Shown piece by piece: positions 35,687-47,310 of a stretch of 56,121 nt of DNA. The first letter of the stretch is position 1, and the number at the start of each line of letters is the position of its first letter. Both the position numbers and the translations under genes were made by a program. The notes under the pieces were generated by a model that had not been told where the DNA came from, did no database searches, and was given only the letters and a program-made list of their open reading frames with translations. This DNA comes from Salisapilia sapeloensis CBS 127946 (lineage: Eukaryota; Protista; Oomycota), in NCBI GenBank assembly GCA_023334545.1, contig JAADVB010000114.1, forward strand, positions 1 to 56,121, given 5' to 3'.

Positions 35687-36649
35687 CTATCTCGACCGAA
35701 AGGATAATGCCAGGCCGTCAGTCACACTTGTTTGACTTGAACGAAGTATAACCGACGTCGAGAAGACATTTCTTGACTTGAGTATGCGATGGCATTTTGT
35801 ATGACCCGCTTTTTTGAGAGACGGAATGTGGAACACGAATGGACCAAGTACACAGAGGCATTGCGTATGTGCAGACGTGAGATACGTCGAGTAGGCAGTT
35901 TCGGAAATGGAGCTCCTTTGGATATTAAGCAGACATGACCTGTTGGCTATTTGGCTTCTACATGTAGTACTCGACATATATGCTTGCACGAGAAGTGATG
36001 AAAATGTCATGTTGGCAGATCTTAGTGATACATGTTTTGCTGTATTTGGTGTACATGGATGGTAGGTACAATTCGTAGGTAGCAAGACCATTTAGAGCAA
36101 AGAATTTAGTCTGACAAAGTAGTTCATTAGTCGAACAGATAGACCTAGGTGCATGGGATTGAATGATGATATTATTCTAGATAGAGAGGGAGTAGTTTGC
36201 TCTTTAAATAGAGGGTATATGCCGCACGATCCCCATTTACATACTGCGGACACTCTGTGCTTTCATGCAGAGTTTGGAATTTTTCCCGTCCATTTCCACA
36301 TCATTCTCCATATATCATGACCGTAGTGAAAGGAGCTAAGAAATCAGGGTACTATTTAAGACAAGTTGTCAGTGTATTTAAAAGTCAATATGGCAGCATA
36401 ACCAAAAGTAAGCAAGAATAGAAAAGGCTGTGCTTGTTAGGAGGATAATCGGGTATTAAACAAGGTACTTCAGGCATTATGAACAAAGACGCAAGCACTG
36501 TAACAAGAATCAATGCTCAAGTCGTTGATGGTTCGTGGAACTCTCATGATGTTATTCATCTTTCTATTCCTATCCACGTGTATCGTCAGTCCCTCTGTCA
36601 TGCTTTGGCAGGGCCTAGTATTGAGCGTATCGTGGTAGATCGTCAAAGT

Positions 36650-37350
36650 CCTTCAGGTTGAAGTGTCATTCGATTTACTTGCGACATTCAGCTCTTCGCC
36701 ATTTCAGTGGGACGGAGTACAGTGCGAGTCACAAATATCGCTCAATTATTTCGCCCACCACTGTACTATACCTGTTCCGAAATAATAGCAAAGAGCTAAC
36801 TAGCGCAAGTAAAGCGAAGAGCTCATCAAGTCGTTCGCGCGCTTTTTCAAATGTGCACATGTCGAGCACCAGACGCGACTTGAAGTCTTCTCGAAGATGG
36901 TTTCTTTCTGATTGCATCAAAGACGAACAATCAATTGTTTTGTACCCCCTCTTTGGCGGGAAATTGTATTGAAGTGTTCCGTTAGGCATCTAATGGCAAG
37001 TGGCAAAACACAATCGGCTATTCTCATCAAACGCGGAATTGCCCGATTTGACTATCAGGAATAGAATTACAAAATGCGAAACCCCAATGTTGCCGAATAG
37101 GTATTTTAATTTATGTCATGGGTACAACTCAGCCAAGTAGCTTTAGGGAAACCACCATCAATAAACAATGGTACCATTACGGATGGATTCGAAAATACAA
37201 ACATCCATCCATTCTGCATGATTATTTACCAAGCCCTGGTGCCATGTATAAACTATCTTGACGGACGATCGTTTCCAGTCGTCGACCCATAGCACACGGA
37301 AACCTGGAAACGACAGGTAAAGAAATCTCATAGTGATGTCTTGCATACCA
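36650..37350 (-). pseudogene. Decayed ORF of an unidentified family (second copy near 55.5 kb)
   Basis: ORF-track pieces 37158-37346 and 36729-36989 are in one frame, joined across TGA, TAA, TGA and TAG stops. Segment about 36945-37105 aligns to 55457-55605. Confidence 0.5.
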
Positions 37351-37877
37351 AGTCATAGTTTTGTCGTACAACGAGTATCTTGTCAAACGTACTGGGGACT
37401 GTCTTCACGTAGGAACTGATCCAATGGTGGGAGCTTATGATTCATCAGTATTTCATCGAATCCACTCTAGAATCTATGCCTTCCCGCAACTAGTAGAGGA
37501 AACAATTCGTATCGCATTAGTGTGAGCAACAAGCGTTTGCAGATGGAAATAATACGTACATGGCAGCATTGACCATTTGAATATGGCTCGAAATACCTTA
37601 TCACCTAAAAACGTCAAGGACAAGCAGCCATGGGATATTGTAAAGTCACACTAAAAGCCTCGATAGATAAGTATACGATGGCAGTAAATCTTGTTCAAAG
37701 TACTAAAGTTATACGCCTTATTATCTGCAGCGAGGTCCCAAGTACCAAATCTCATCCGATTGACATTGTAACTCGACGCCAACCTATCCTTTCGCTTTCT
37801 GTTAATGTCCCCTCGGTCACAGACGTACCACTGCATGAGTCAAAGACAAACACTTTACTTCCAAAAACATCAAATCA

Positions 37878-38832
37878 TCATTCAATTTTCAGTGACGATA
37901 GCTCCGGACTAGCTAGTTCCATAACGTCTAGGGGCAGAGGTACCTCTTTCATGAGTGTGGACAATCTTAAACTAGTCTCCACTTGACTAATGCCTTCCTT
38001 TAGACTCCTACGCACGTGCTCATCATCCACATCATCCAGAGCACGCAGCAAAGCCGGCAGACTCTTGTACTTTAAAAGTAGCTCCACCGCAACTTTCGAT
38101 GGCACGTCCTGGATGCCCTGGATTTTAGTGTTCGGAGTGCCGCACAAGGCCTGGAAGGCAGGCACGAGCGCTGGCGGCACGCCGTATCGGCCTCGAACAG
38201 ACTTTTCACGCATGTATCGATTCTTATTCGGCTGGTACACCTCTACACTAGTTTCGCTCGTAGCATCCTCTCGCGTGGCGTCACAAACGAGCTGCAGAAA
38301 GTCGTTGTCATTGGACGCAATGAGAATGTCGTGGCCGTGTTTCTGGAGAGCATCCGCGTACGATGCGAGCAGGTCGTCGGCTTCATACCCGGACAGACGG
38401 AAGCAGTTGACTCCTCCGGACCGTAGAATTGACGGTGCAGATGAAAGTTGAGGACGAAGGTCCGTCGGAGTCGGTGCATACGAGTGCTTGTACGACGACG
38501 GGATGCTCCGTCTCGCCGTGTTCTTGGACTTGGAGTCGAAGAAGACACAAATGTGTGCTAGCTGATGACGCTTACTCATTCGATGCAAGAACGCATTCAG
38601 CTGAGCAACAGGAGCATGCGGGACAGTCCCTCGCCTACATTCCATCACATTATAAGCATTGCTACACGACTACCTATCATATATCAATCTACCTCTGTCG
38701 ACCATAGTAAAAGTATAGCAGGTTGTTTCCATCTACCAGCAAGCTCTTTTGCCTAGGAGCAGCAACCGTGTGCGCCTCACACACGTGTGGCAATCGCAGT
38801 CTCTTGCTAATACTCCGCAGCATCCTATTCAT
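37878..38832 (-). CDS. Stand-alone PolI-type 5'-3' exonuclease/flap endonuclease (PIN + H3TH), probable organellar targeting, 2 exons
   Basis: Exon 1 MNRMLRSISKRLRL..LLVDGNNLLYFYY. Exon 2 has CVFFDSK, GYEADDLLASYA, ILIASNDNDFLQL and an H3TH region (FQALCG..IQGI..KVAVELLLKYKSL). Confidence 0.85.
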
Positions 38833-39030
38833 GTCCAATTATCGTGTCCTGATTCCTCTATATACACTCTCTGTCCCTAAACTTACCATAATGTAGTTTA
38901 CTCGTATTTTTATTTACATATAAATATATGTTAACTGTGTACAAATAATAAATATAGATGTATAAATAAGGCAACAATGTATTCCGTAAACACTTCATTA
39001 TTGAAGTATCGAGCTACTAGACAAGCCAAG

Positions 39031-39927
39031 ATGAGCAGATCGGACGTGAACGTCGACAAGATCCTCGGTGCCCCTGCATCCGAGTACGAGGCCACGTACA
39101 ACCAGCGCGATCTGATGCTCTACGCCCTCGGTATCGGCGAAACCGACCTCCAGTTCACGTACGAGTATCATGACAAGTTCCAGGCCTTCCCGCTCTACCC
39201 CTGTGTTCTGCCGTTCAAGGGATCCAGCCAGGACGTCGTTCAGTTCCCGCCGCCAACCACGTTCTCCACGCCGGACGGTATGCCGGCCATGAACCCCGCC
39301 AAGATGCTGCACGGGGAGCAGACCCTCGAACTCTATCGTCCGCTCGACCCGAACGGAGGATCGCTCCAGTGCACCGCCAAGGTCATTTCGTTCTACGACA
39401 AGGGAAAAGGAACGCTCATGGAGACCGAGACGCTCATGAAGGACGCACAAGGTCCTGTCTGCCGTCTCATCACGGGCTCCTTCCTCGTCGGACTGACGGG
39501 CTTCAAGGGCCGAGGCCGAGAGCTCCCGCCTCGTATCCAAGTGCCGAAGCGTGCGCCGGACCACTGCGACGTTGACAAGCTCGATGTGCACCAGACGAAT
39601 CTCTACCGTCTCTCGGGCGACTACAACCCGCTGCACATCGACCCGGAGGTCGCGCAGAGCGTCGGGTTCAAGGAGCCGATCGTCCACGGACTCTGCACGC
39701 TCGGGTACCCGACGCGCGCCTTGTTCAAGCGCTACTGCAACGGTGACGTGAGTTGTTTCAAGTCGATTCGCGTCCGCTTTGCAAGTCCGACGTACCCTGG
39801 GGAACGCATCGAGACGCGCATGTGGGAAGAAGGCGGGCGCGTGCTCTTCCAGGCCGTGGCCAAGGACCGCAACGCTGTGGTGATCGACGGAGGTGAGTTC
39901 ATCTATAGTCAAAAGGCCAACTTGTAA
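39031..39927 (+). CDS. ECH2: Enoyl-CoA hydratase 2 (MaoC/MFE-2 hydratase type), likely peroxisomal
   Basis: Motifs RDLMLYALGIG, LHGEQ and YRLSGDYNPLHIDP..PIVHGLCTLG. The C-terminal -ANL is a possible PTS1 variant. Confidence 0.93.
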   Translation: MSRSDVNVDKILGAPASEYEATYNQRDLMLYALGIGETDLQFTYEYHDKFQAFPLYPCVLPFKGSSQDVVQFPPPTTFSTPDGMPAMNPAKMLHGEQTLELYRPLDPNGGSLQCTAKVISFYDKGKGTLMETETLMKDAQGPVCRLITGSFLVGLTGFKGRGRELPPRIQVPKRAPDHCDVDKLDVHQTNLYRLSGDYNPLHIDPEVAQSVGFKEPIVHGLCTLGYPTRALFKRYCNGDVSCFKSIRVRFASPTYPGERIETRMWEEGGRVLFQAVAKDRNAVVIDGGEFIYSQKANL

Positions 39928-39963
39928 GCGAAAGAAAAATCAAAGTCTCGTTTTTTTTTCCAA

Positions 39964-41673
39964 TTACGAATTGCGCGTAATGTAAGTGAGCAGGTCGATG
40001 CGCGTGACGACGCCAAAGATGACCGACTTGGTCTCGCTCTCGCCTCCTTTCCGGATACGACGCTGGTCTGTCACGACGAGTGCAAAGTGGTCTCGATCGA
40101 AGATACGAGAGAGTTCGAGCAGCGACGTCTGTGTACTCACCTTTTTGAACTGCTTGTACATGGCGCTCGACACGGGGTCCGTCGACCGGACGCGTCCAGG
40201 CATGAGCTGCGCGATCAAGTTGCCTTCCGACACGACGCCGACGATCGAGTTGTCGTCCGCGACCACCGGGAGACTATCGAATCCTTCCTTCTTGAGAATA
40301 TCCACCGCCTCTCGGCACGTCAAGTCCGGCGTGATGGTCACGGGTGCCTGCAGCGGCAGCTCCGACACGAGCTTCTTGGCCCACCAGAGGCCGCTGAGAT
40401 TGCTACGACTCGCACCAAACTTGCTCTCGACGTACCCGTGCTCGTACATCCAGTCGTCCGACAGGAACTTGGTCATGTAGTTCCGCGTCGAGTCAGGGAG
40501 CACGACGACGCAGCGCTGGCCCTTCTTGAGCTGCTTGGCGCTCTGCACGGCCGCCGCGACGGCCGAGCCGCACGATCCACCGCACAAGAGTCCTTCCTCC
40601 CGGATCAATCGGCGCGCATACAAGAAGGCTTCCTTGTCCCCCGTCTTGATCCACTCGTCGATCAACGATCGATCCAGCACCTCGGGGATAAAGTCGTACC
40701 CGATGCCTTCCACCTGATATGGCTGCAGCCGCTGCTCGTCGTTCAGCGCCTCTGGTTCCGCCAGGATCGATCCGATCGGATCCGCACCGACGATCTTGAT
40801 CTTCGGACACTTCTCCTTGAGCTTCCGAGCAACACCAGAGATCGTCCCGCCGGTCCCGACGCCCATGACGACCATATCGACCTCATTGTTGCACGCTTCC
40901 AAGATCTCTTCCGCCGTACCATCGTAGTGCGCTAGCGGGTTGGAAGGGTTTGAGTACTGGTCGAGAATATGCGAGTTCGGGATCTCCTTGTTCAGTCTCT
41001 TGGCGACACCGAGATGACTTTCAGGTGAATCCCACGCAGCCTCCGTCGGCGTACGTATGATCTCGGCGCCAAGAGCCTTGAGAACGTCTACTTTCTCCTT
41101 GGACATCTTCTCCGGAAGCGTAATGATCATCCGGAATCCGTAGACAGCAGCCGCGAGCGCGAGACCGATGCCCGTATTACCTGACGTCGGCTCAATGAGC
41201 GTATCGCCAGGCTTGATACGTCCACTGGAGATGGCGTCCTCGACCATGCGCTTGCCGATGCGGTCTTTAACGGATCCGCCGGCGTTGAAGAACTCGCACT
41301 TGGCGACTAATTCGCACTCGAGTCCTGCTTTCTTTGCCACCTAAAGTACATGTATTAGGAAGTCTAGTAGGTAGCGTGGAGTAGGAGCATGATACCGTGT
41401 CGAGACGCACGAGCGGCGTGTCACCAACGTGGTCTAGGATGGAGTTGAGGATCTTGGGCGATTGCATCCTGCGTTCGACGTGAGTACGAGGTAGAGGAAG
41501 AAGGTAGAGAGAGCGTACCGAGGCCGATGAACGTGAGGTGTCTGGACAAAGCACTTGTCTGCATTTGCACATGCTTCTCCTTGTTGTACCTATGTCGGAA
41601 GGCATGAGCATTTTGACACGCATGATTGGCGAGGAAGGCATAGAGATGAGTCTACCGTGTCTGCTAGTCCCAT
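39964..41673 (-). CDS. CBS: Cystathionine beta-synthase with C-terminal CBS domains, 4 exons
   Basis: Motifs [35 protein letters not shown] and a C-terminal Bateman module. Short 5' exons 41673-41656 and 41589-41519 add C..PHVH upstream of [20 protein letters not shown]. Confidence 0.95.
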
Positions 41674-42494
41674 GGTGTTCTAAAGTCTTGTGGTCTGGGT
41701 GGATTAGATGACCGAATGAACGCTTGAACTGGACAAAGGGGTTGCGAAAGGTACGTGACGTGGGGACGTGTGCTCGAGAGAGTGGGAGTGCTCGCAGATG
41801 ACGAGCTATCGAGAAAGATGGAGCTGAGGCGATAATTGTACCCTTTTCTTGTAATTCCACCTACCTGATAACGGACAAGTAACTTGAACATGGTGAATCT
41901 TGGCGGTATGGAATGAGTAGACGTGGAGGGAGGAAGGCTTTATAGAGGTCTATTCAGTCGTTGCATGCAATGGAAGGGCAGTATCTTTATTGCCATCATT
42001 GAATGATCGAACTTGGTTTTACTGTCAACAGCCAAGCGGTGAATGTACCGCTTTTCGTGATGGGTTCATAGCCGTATCGAACTATCCGTTAGGTATGGTA
42101 GGAAGAGGGTTTATGCCGCCATTCCTATAAGTGTTGCTAGTAGTTCTCGAAATGTAGATAAGGCGTCCATATCCGCCCTATGAGCAGTACATATCATAGC
42201 AGGTAAAGTCTGCATCTAGTCGCGTATGCTCCAAGAGCAAGCCAAATATGGCTGGTATTATCTTGTCGATATGTTTCATCGCCGCCATATATCTATTTCC
42301 ATGCACGTCGCCAGTATAGTCTACAATGAACATGCTCGATTGTTTCCTGCATGCATATCCAATCCATCACACGCATACAAAGACAGAGCACTTATACTAT
42401 TCTCAAGCCTGCTCTATGTCAGAGATCCTTTCACCAGTCACGAAACGATCTAAAGGCCAGTAGATGTGCATTCTAAATAAAGCATAAGAAGAAA

Positions 42495-45400
42495 ATGAGG
42501 GCGGTGCTGTGGGTGCTAGCTCTGGCACCGGTCGTCTTGGGATACTGCCCGAACAGGTGCTCCAATCGAGGTTACTGCAACAGCTACAATGTGTGCGAGT
42601 GTCAGGAAGATTACTTTGGGCACGATTGCTCGCTTCGCAAGTGTCCAATGGCCAAGTCCTGGGGCGTAATTCGAGGTGATAATCAGGCCCATGAATATGA
42701 GGAGTGTTCTGGCAGGGGTATATGCGACTACAAATACGGTCAATGTACATGCCAGCTGGGCTTTACAGGATTTGCTTGTGAAGTTACACAATGCCCAGCT
42801 TCCTGCTCGGATCAAGGCAACTGTGTTACTATGAAAGAACTCGCGTCAGACTCGACACTCGCGAGAGACTTGTACGATCATGCAGGGTTTGCGTATAACC
42901 TCGTGTGGGACTACGACAAGATTCGAGGATGCCAATGCGATTTCGGTCATCATGGACCGACATGCAAATTACTGACGTGTCCAGTCGGAGATGATCCGCT
43001 AACAACTGGACAGGTCGATGAAAGCCAAGTCATCGAGTGTCTTACGACCTACTCGGAGCAAGTACTAACACTTCGAGCAAACAATGCGTTATCCGCTGGG
43101 TCCTTCATCCTAGAGTTTGGTAATGAATACACTAGGCCGATAGCTTTTGATGCTGCCGACTCGGGTGGTGCTGCGGGTAGCTCCGTGACTGACCACCTAA
43201 GTGGAATTAGTGACATTGATGCCGTCACCGTCACCAAGACACAAGTATCTGTCACGGAGACGCAATGGCTCTTGTCTTTCCCGCTTTCGAATGCAGTCCA
43301 AACGCCAGTGAAACCCAAGTGGAAGGTACTAGAGACCCAGCGATTCATCTGTGCTGCTGACTCTGGCACGTTTTCTATGAGTTTTGGTGGCGAGACGGTC
43401 TACGGCATCTCGTATGATGCCGACGGAGCGACGTTTGCGGCCCATCTTGAGTCCTTTAGCTATGTGGATCAAGTTGCTGTTACTTTTGCTGAGGGTGCCA
43501 CCACCGTCTGCTCGACATCAGGGACAGTCATCTTCGTCCAGTTTACCGAACTTTGGCGTCGAGACTTGTATGGAGACCTTCCTCCCATGACCTTCACGAA
43601 CGCAGATTCAGATGGAACAGTCTCGCTGTTCCTCTCTGGCGGAGATGGTTTTGTGGATGAGGAGAGCACTGAAATAGTTAAAGGCATTGATACATGCAGA
43701 GTGGTAGAAGTGCAACAGCTCATTTGTGCTGCCACCGACGGCAATTTTGCGCTAACATTTGAAGACAACACGGTTCTGTCAGACATTGCTTATAATACGA
43801 AAGCATCCCAATTGGAAGCACTGATTGAATCCCAAGTTCCTTATGCCAAGGACGTCGATGTATCTGTGTCAGTGGGAAACAGAGTTTGCTCAGACGATGG
43901 CACGATCATCACTATTCAATTTCACGTGGTGAGCACAACGGGCGCGAACATGGACGGAGACCTCGCGGAGATTAGTGCAGACGAAACGAACGAAGGGTCC
44001 AACGGGCTTTCACACTCTGAATCGCAGCTGCAATTCTCATCAAGCTTTACGGAAACCCAGAAAGGAACGGTTTGCGAGCCATTAGATGTTTCTTATTCGG
44101 CCAGTCCAGATGAGCAGATCATTGCGCCAGTAACCACTGGTGGTGGATCCTTCACGGTGACTTATCGTGGTATGACGTCTGCTCCGATTCCGGCGACTTC
44201 TACTCCAGAAGAGTTACAAGAAATTCTAGAAAAGCTTCATACCATCCAGGGGGTGTCCATCCAGTACTCCGGTACTCGTGCCTGCGAGAAGCCATCAAAT
44301 GCCATTAAACTGACATTCACACAGAACTTTGGAAACCTTCCGACGGTTGTGCTCGACCCCACGCTCATGGTGGCAGGCTCCACAGTCAGTGTCGTTTCAG
44401 CTGCTGGAGGCTTAAACGGTCTGGTACCTGCAGACGGCACGAAAGAGAGCATACCATGCTCTGGTCGAGGTCTCTGCGATGAAATAAACTTTGGTGCTTG
44501 CTTGTGCTATTCAGGCTATACAAACAGTGATGGACGTGGGGGTATCGGTATGCCTGACATGAATCGAGGAGACTGTGGATACGCTTCTCAGATCCCAGTT
44601 TCATGTCCAGGAGAGCTAGCCTGCAGCGGACATGGTGTATGTTCTGGTGACCCAGAGTATAAATGCACGTGTGCTGTTGGATGGAGGGGTGGTGACTGCT
44701 CTGAACGCGTATGCCAGAGCGGACCTGCTTGGTTCGCTTATCCGGAAGACGACAACGTCGGGCACCGAGAACAAAAGGAATGCAGTGGTGTTGGCTCTTG
44801 TGATAGAAGTAGCGGACTTTGCATCTGTCCAAATCCTTACACAGGGGCTGCATGCGAGCGAAGTAAGTGAACGTAGTGTGCTAGTAGAATATATGTACTC
44901 ACAATAGCGTGCTAGTGTCCTGCGGTGGAGCTTCGAGCGAATGTTCAGGTCATGGAAGGTGTCTGCCACTGCAACTTTTGGCACCACAAGTCAAAGAAAA
45001 AGGTGAGGTTGCCGGGTACGAATATGGAGAAGACCCAAATGATGCTCATACATGGGACGCCAAAAGAATCCGCTCGTGCTTATGTGATGAAGGTTATACA
45101 GGCTACGATTGCTCTCTCCGTATGTGCCTACTTCTTTCATCTTATCGAGTATGTATTCAATGTGGAAGACACTTGTAGGCCATTGTCCTCGCGGTGATGA
45201 TCCAAGCACATACGACGACGTGATTGAACGTCAGTTGTTTGAATGTGTAGCCACGGATGGAAGTTTCACCTTGAGTTTCCGAGATGAAGAAACTCAAGCC
45301 ATTGCCTTTGATGCAACCGTGGAGACTGTGGCTACTGCTTTGATGACACTTTCCACCATTTCGCAAGTTGACGTGACTTTTACGAATGGAGCAGCAGCTT

Positions 45401-45726
45401 GCTCCGTATCTACCAACACCATCCTTGTTGATTTCCTCGATGAGCTTGGTGACTTACCTGCTTTGAAAGGGTCCAACTCGTTGTTAAAAGACAGTGTCAA
45501 TGGGGATGGCACAGACGGATCGGGTACGCTCCTTTTTGCCAGTGGAGGCAGTGCGCTGTCTGCGGAGCAATCTGTTAAAGGAACGCGCGAAAACGCATAT
45601 TGTTCTAACCATGGCATCTGCAATCTAGCCACCGGTGTTTGCACGTGCGATGTAGGCTATGGCAGCAGCAATGGCAATGGAGAGCCAGGTCCCATAGGAG
45701 ACTGTGGGTACCGCATTGGAACTTAG
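42495..45726 (+). CDS. Secreted tenascin/teneurin-like EGF-repeat protein, 3 exons
   Basis: Signal peptide MRAVLWVLALAPVVLG, repeated ECSGRG.C..C.C..G..G..C EGF units and CPxGDDP motifs separated by beta-rich repeats (GSFTLxF). The two introns, near 44.87-44.91 kb and 45.12-45.18 kb, splice in frame. Confidence 0.88.
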
Positions 45727-46800
45727 ACATGAATAAGTAGTAAGAATTGCATACTAATTACCTTTCAACAAGTAATGTACTTTCCTGATGAAATAAGTAC
45801 AATAACAGCTAATAGCACTATAGACAATGAAACGGTTTTGATCGATGTATGTGCAAAGCATGTGCTTGTTTAATGCGGTAACTCCGAGATTAAGAAGTTT
45901 CAATAAGTGTACTCCTGCTTAGGGAAGTTTAGTCAATGCCAATGCTGATGATTGTGTCTTTCGCTAAGAATTACCATTTTTGTTGTCCAGGAATCCCATC
46001 TCGCGACATTGCTAACCAATTATCCCTTAAAAAGCATATCGCCATTCATAATCGTACAAGAATCTAACAAGCTGGATTTCCCTGTCGAATAGAGAAATTT
46101 TTACGATTACACTTTCTTTACGTATCGCGGAAGTACTGCCATCCAAGCACGAGCCAGTGCTTTTAGTCCCAATTACTCCTGGCGTCAAATTAAAATTGTA
46201 TGCGGATATTAGCACCTATCGCAGTGTCAACTCTTGGTACATCGACGTCGCTCAACAGCAAAGCATCATTGTGTCGTTATACTTATAAAAGGTAAACTAG
46301 TCACTTTGCAAGGCAAAGTTCATCCTTCCAACCTTCATCTTGCTATTTGATTGAAAGTGGCCGTCTGTCTGAGTGATGGCTTAATAGTAAACACTCAAGA
46401 TATATGCCAATGTACTAAAAGAGATAAATTTAATTTAACAAGTAAAGTTTATTAATACTTAGCTCGAAAGATCACACTGAAAGATGCACATCCAGAGTCA
46501 CGTTTCTTGGTATAATTTCTGTTTTAAAATAGCATGGCAGAATTGATGTAAGGATCGAATATCTGAAGCCATCTATTGCTTGATGGATCTACAACGTGAG
46601 ATAATGATTGAAAGGCGGCCTGCAGTCTCTTGATGGAGTGATATGTAGGAGTTTGCGTCATATTCCTTCTCCATCACTTAATTTCTATCGTTTTACTTGG
46701 ATAACTCGGCCACTTCCCAGCAGTTTTCCCTGCGCTTTCCTCCTTCGCACTAAAGTACCTAAAAACGAAGACATGAACCACCTTCGAACTTCATACAGCG

Positions 46801-47195
46801 ATGAAGAGCTCCAGCTTGTTCGTCGCTACAGTTGCTGCCATGGTCTTAGCATCTCCATTTTCGCATGATCGCGCTGAAGAGGAAGAGAATAAGGAAGACT
46901 TGGCGGATAATAAAAAGGAAGGATACAAGAAGAATGACTACTATCCTAAGGACTATAGCTATGGTTATGGCTAATGTTACAACGATTATAAAAAAGTGAT
47001 TGCTATGGATACAAGAAGTATGGTTACTATCCGAACAACTACGACGATGGTGGGTACGTTAACTACAATAACTACCCTGACTACTACTAATATGACTGTA
47101 ATGACTATTGCATTATGTACGCCTACAAGGACTACAGCTATGGCAAAAAGTATGGGTACAATTGGTACTACCAAAGTTGTGTGCATCCCGGTTAG
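46801..47195 (+). pseudogene. Secreted Tyr/Gly/Asp/Lys-rich protein, truncated or disrupted
   Basis: MKSSSLFVATVAAMVLASPFS (signal) + DRAEEEENKED + YKKNDYYPKDYSYGYG, with TAA at 46972-46974. Tyr-rich sequence continues past the stop, a frameshift and a second TAA to 47195. Confidence 0.55.
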
Positions 47196-47310
47196 TGTTT
47201 GCAAGTCGAATGTAGAAAAAGAAGCAAGTAAGAGTCGTAGCAATAGAAAAAGCATTTCCTTTAAATATATCTACTTGTGCAAACTTCCTTGATAGTATTA
47301 AAAAGTCTCG

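Noticed and set aside
35687-36091. 134-aa ORF abutting the homeobox gene start
   Set aside because: Composition is not protein-like and its stop directly precedes the ATG. It is probably promoter or 5' UTR sequence.
37260-37300. VLWVDD as a reverse-transcriptase YxDD motif
   Set aside because: No other RT motifs are present in the surrounding frame.
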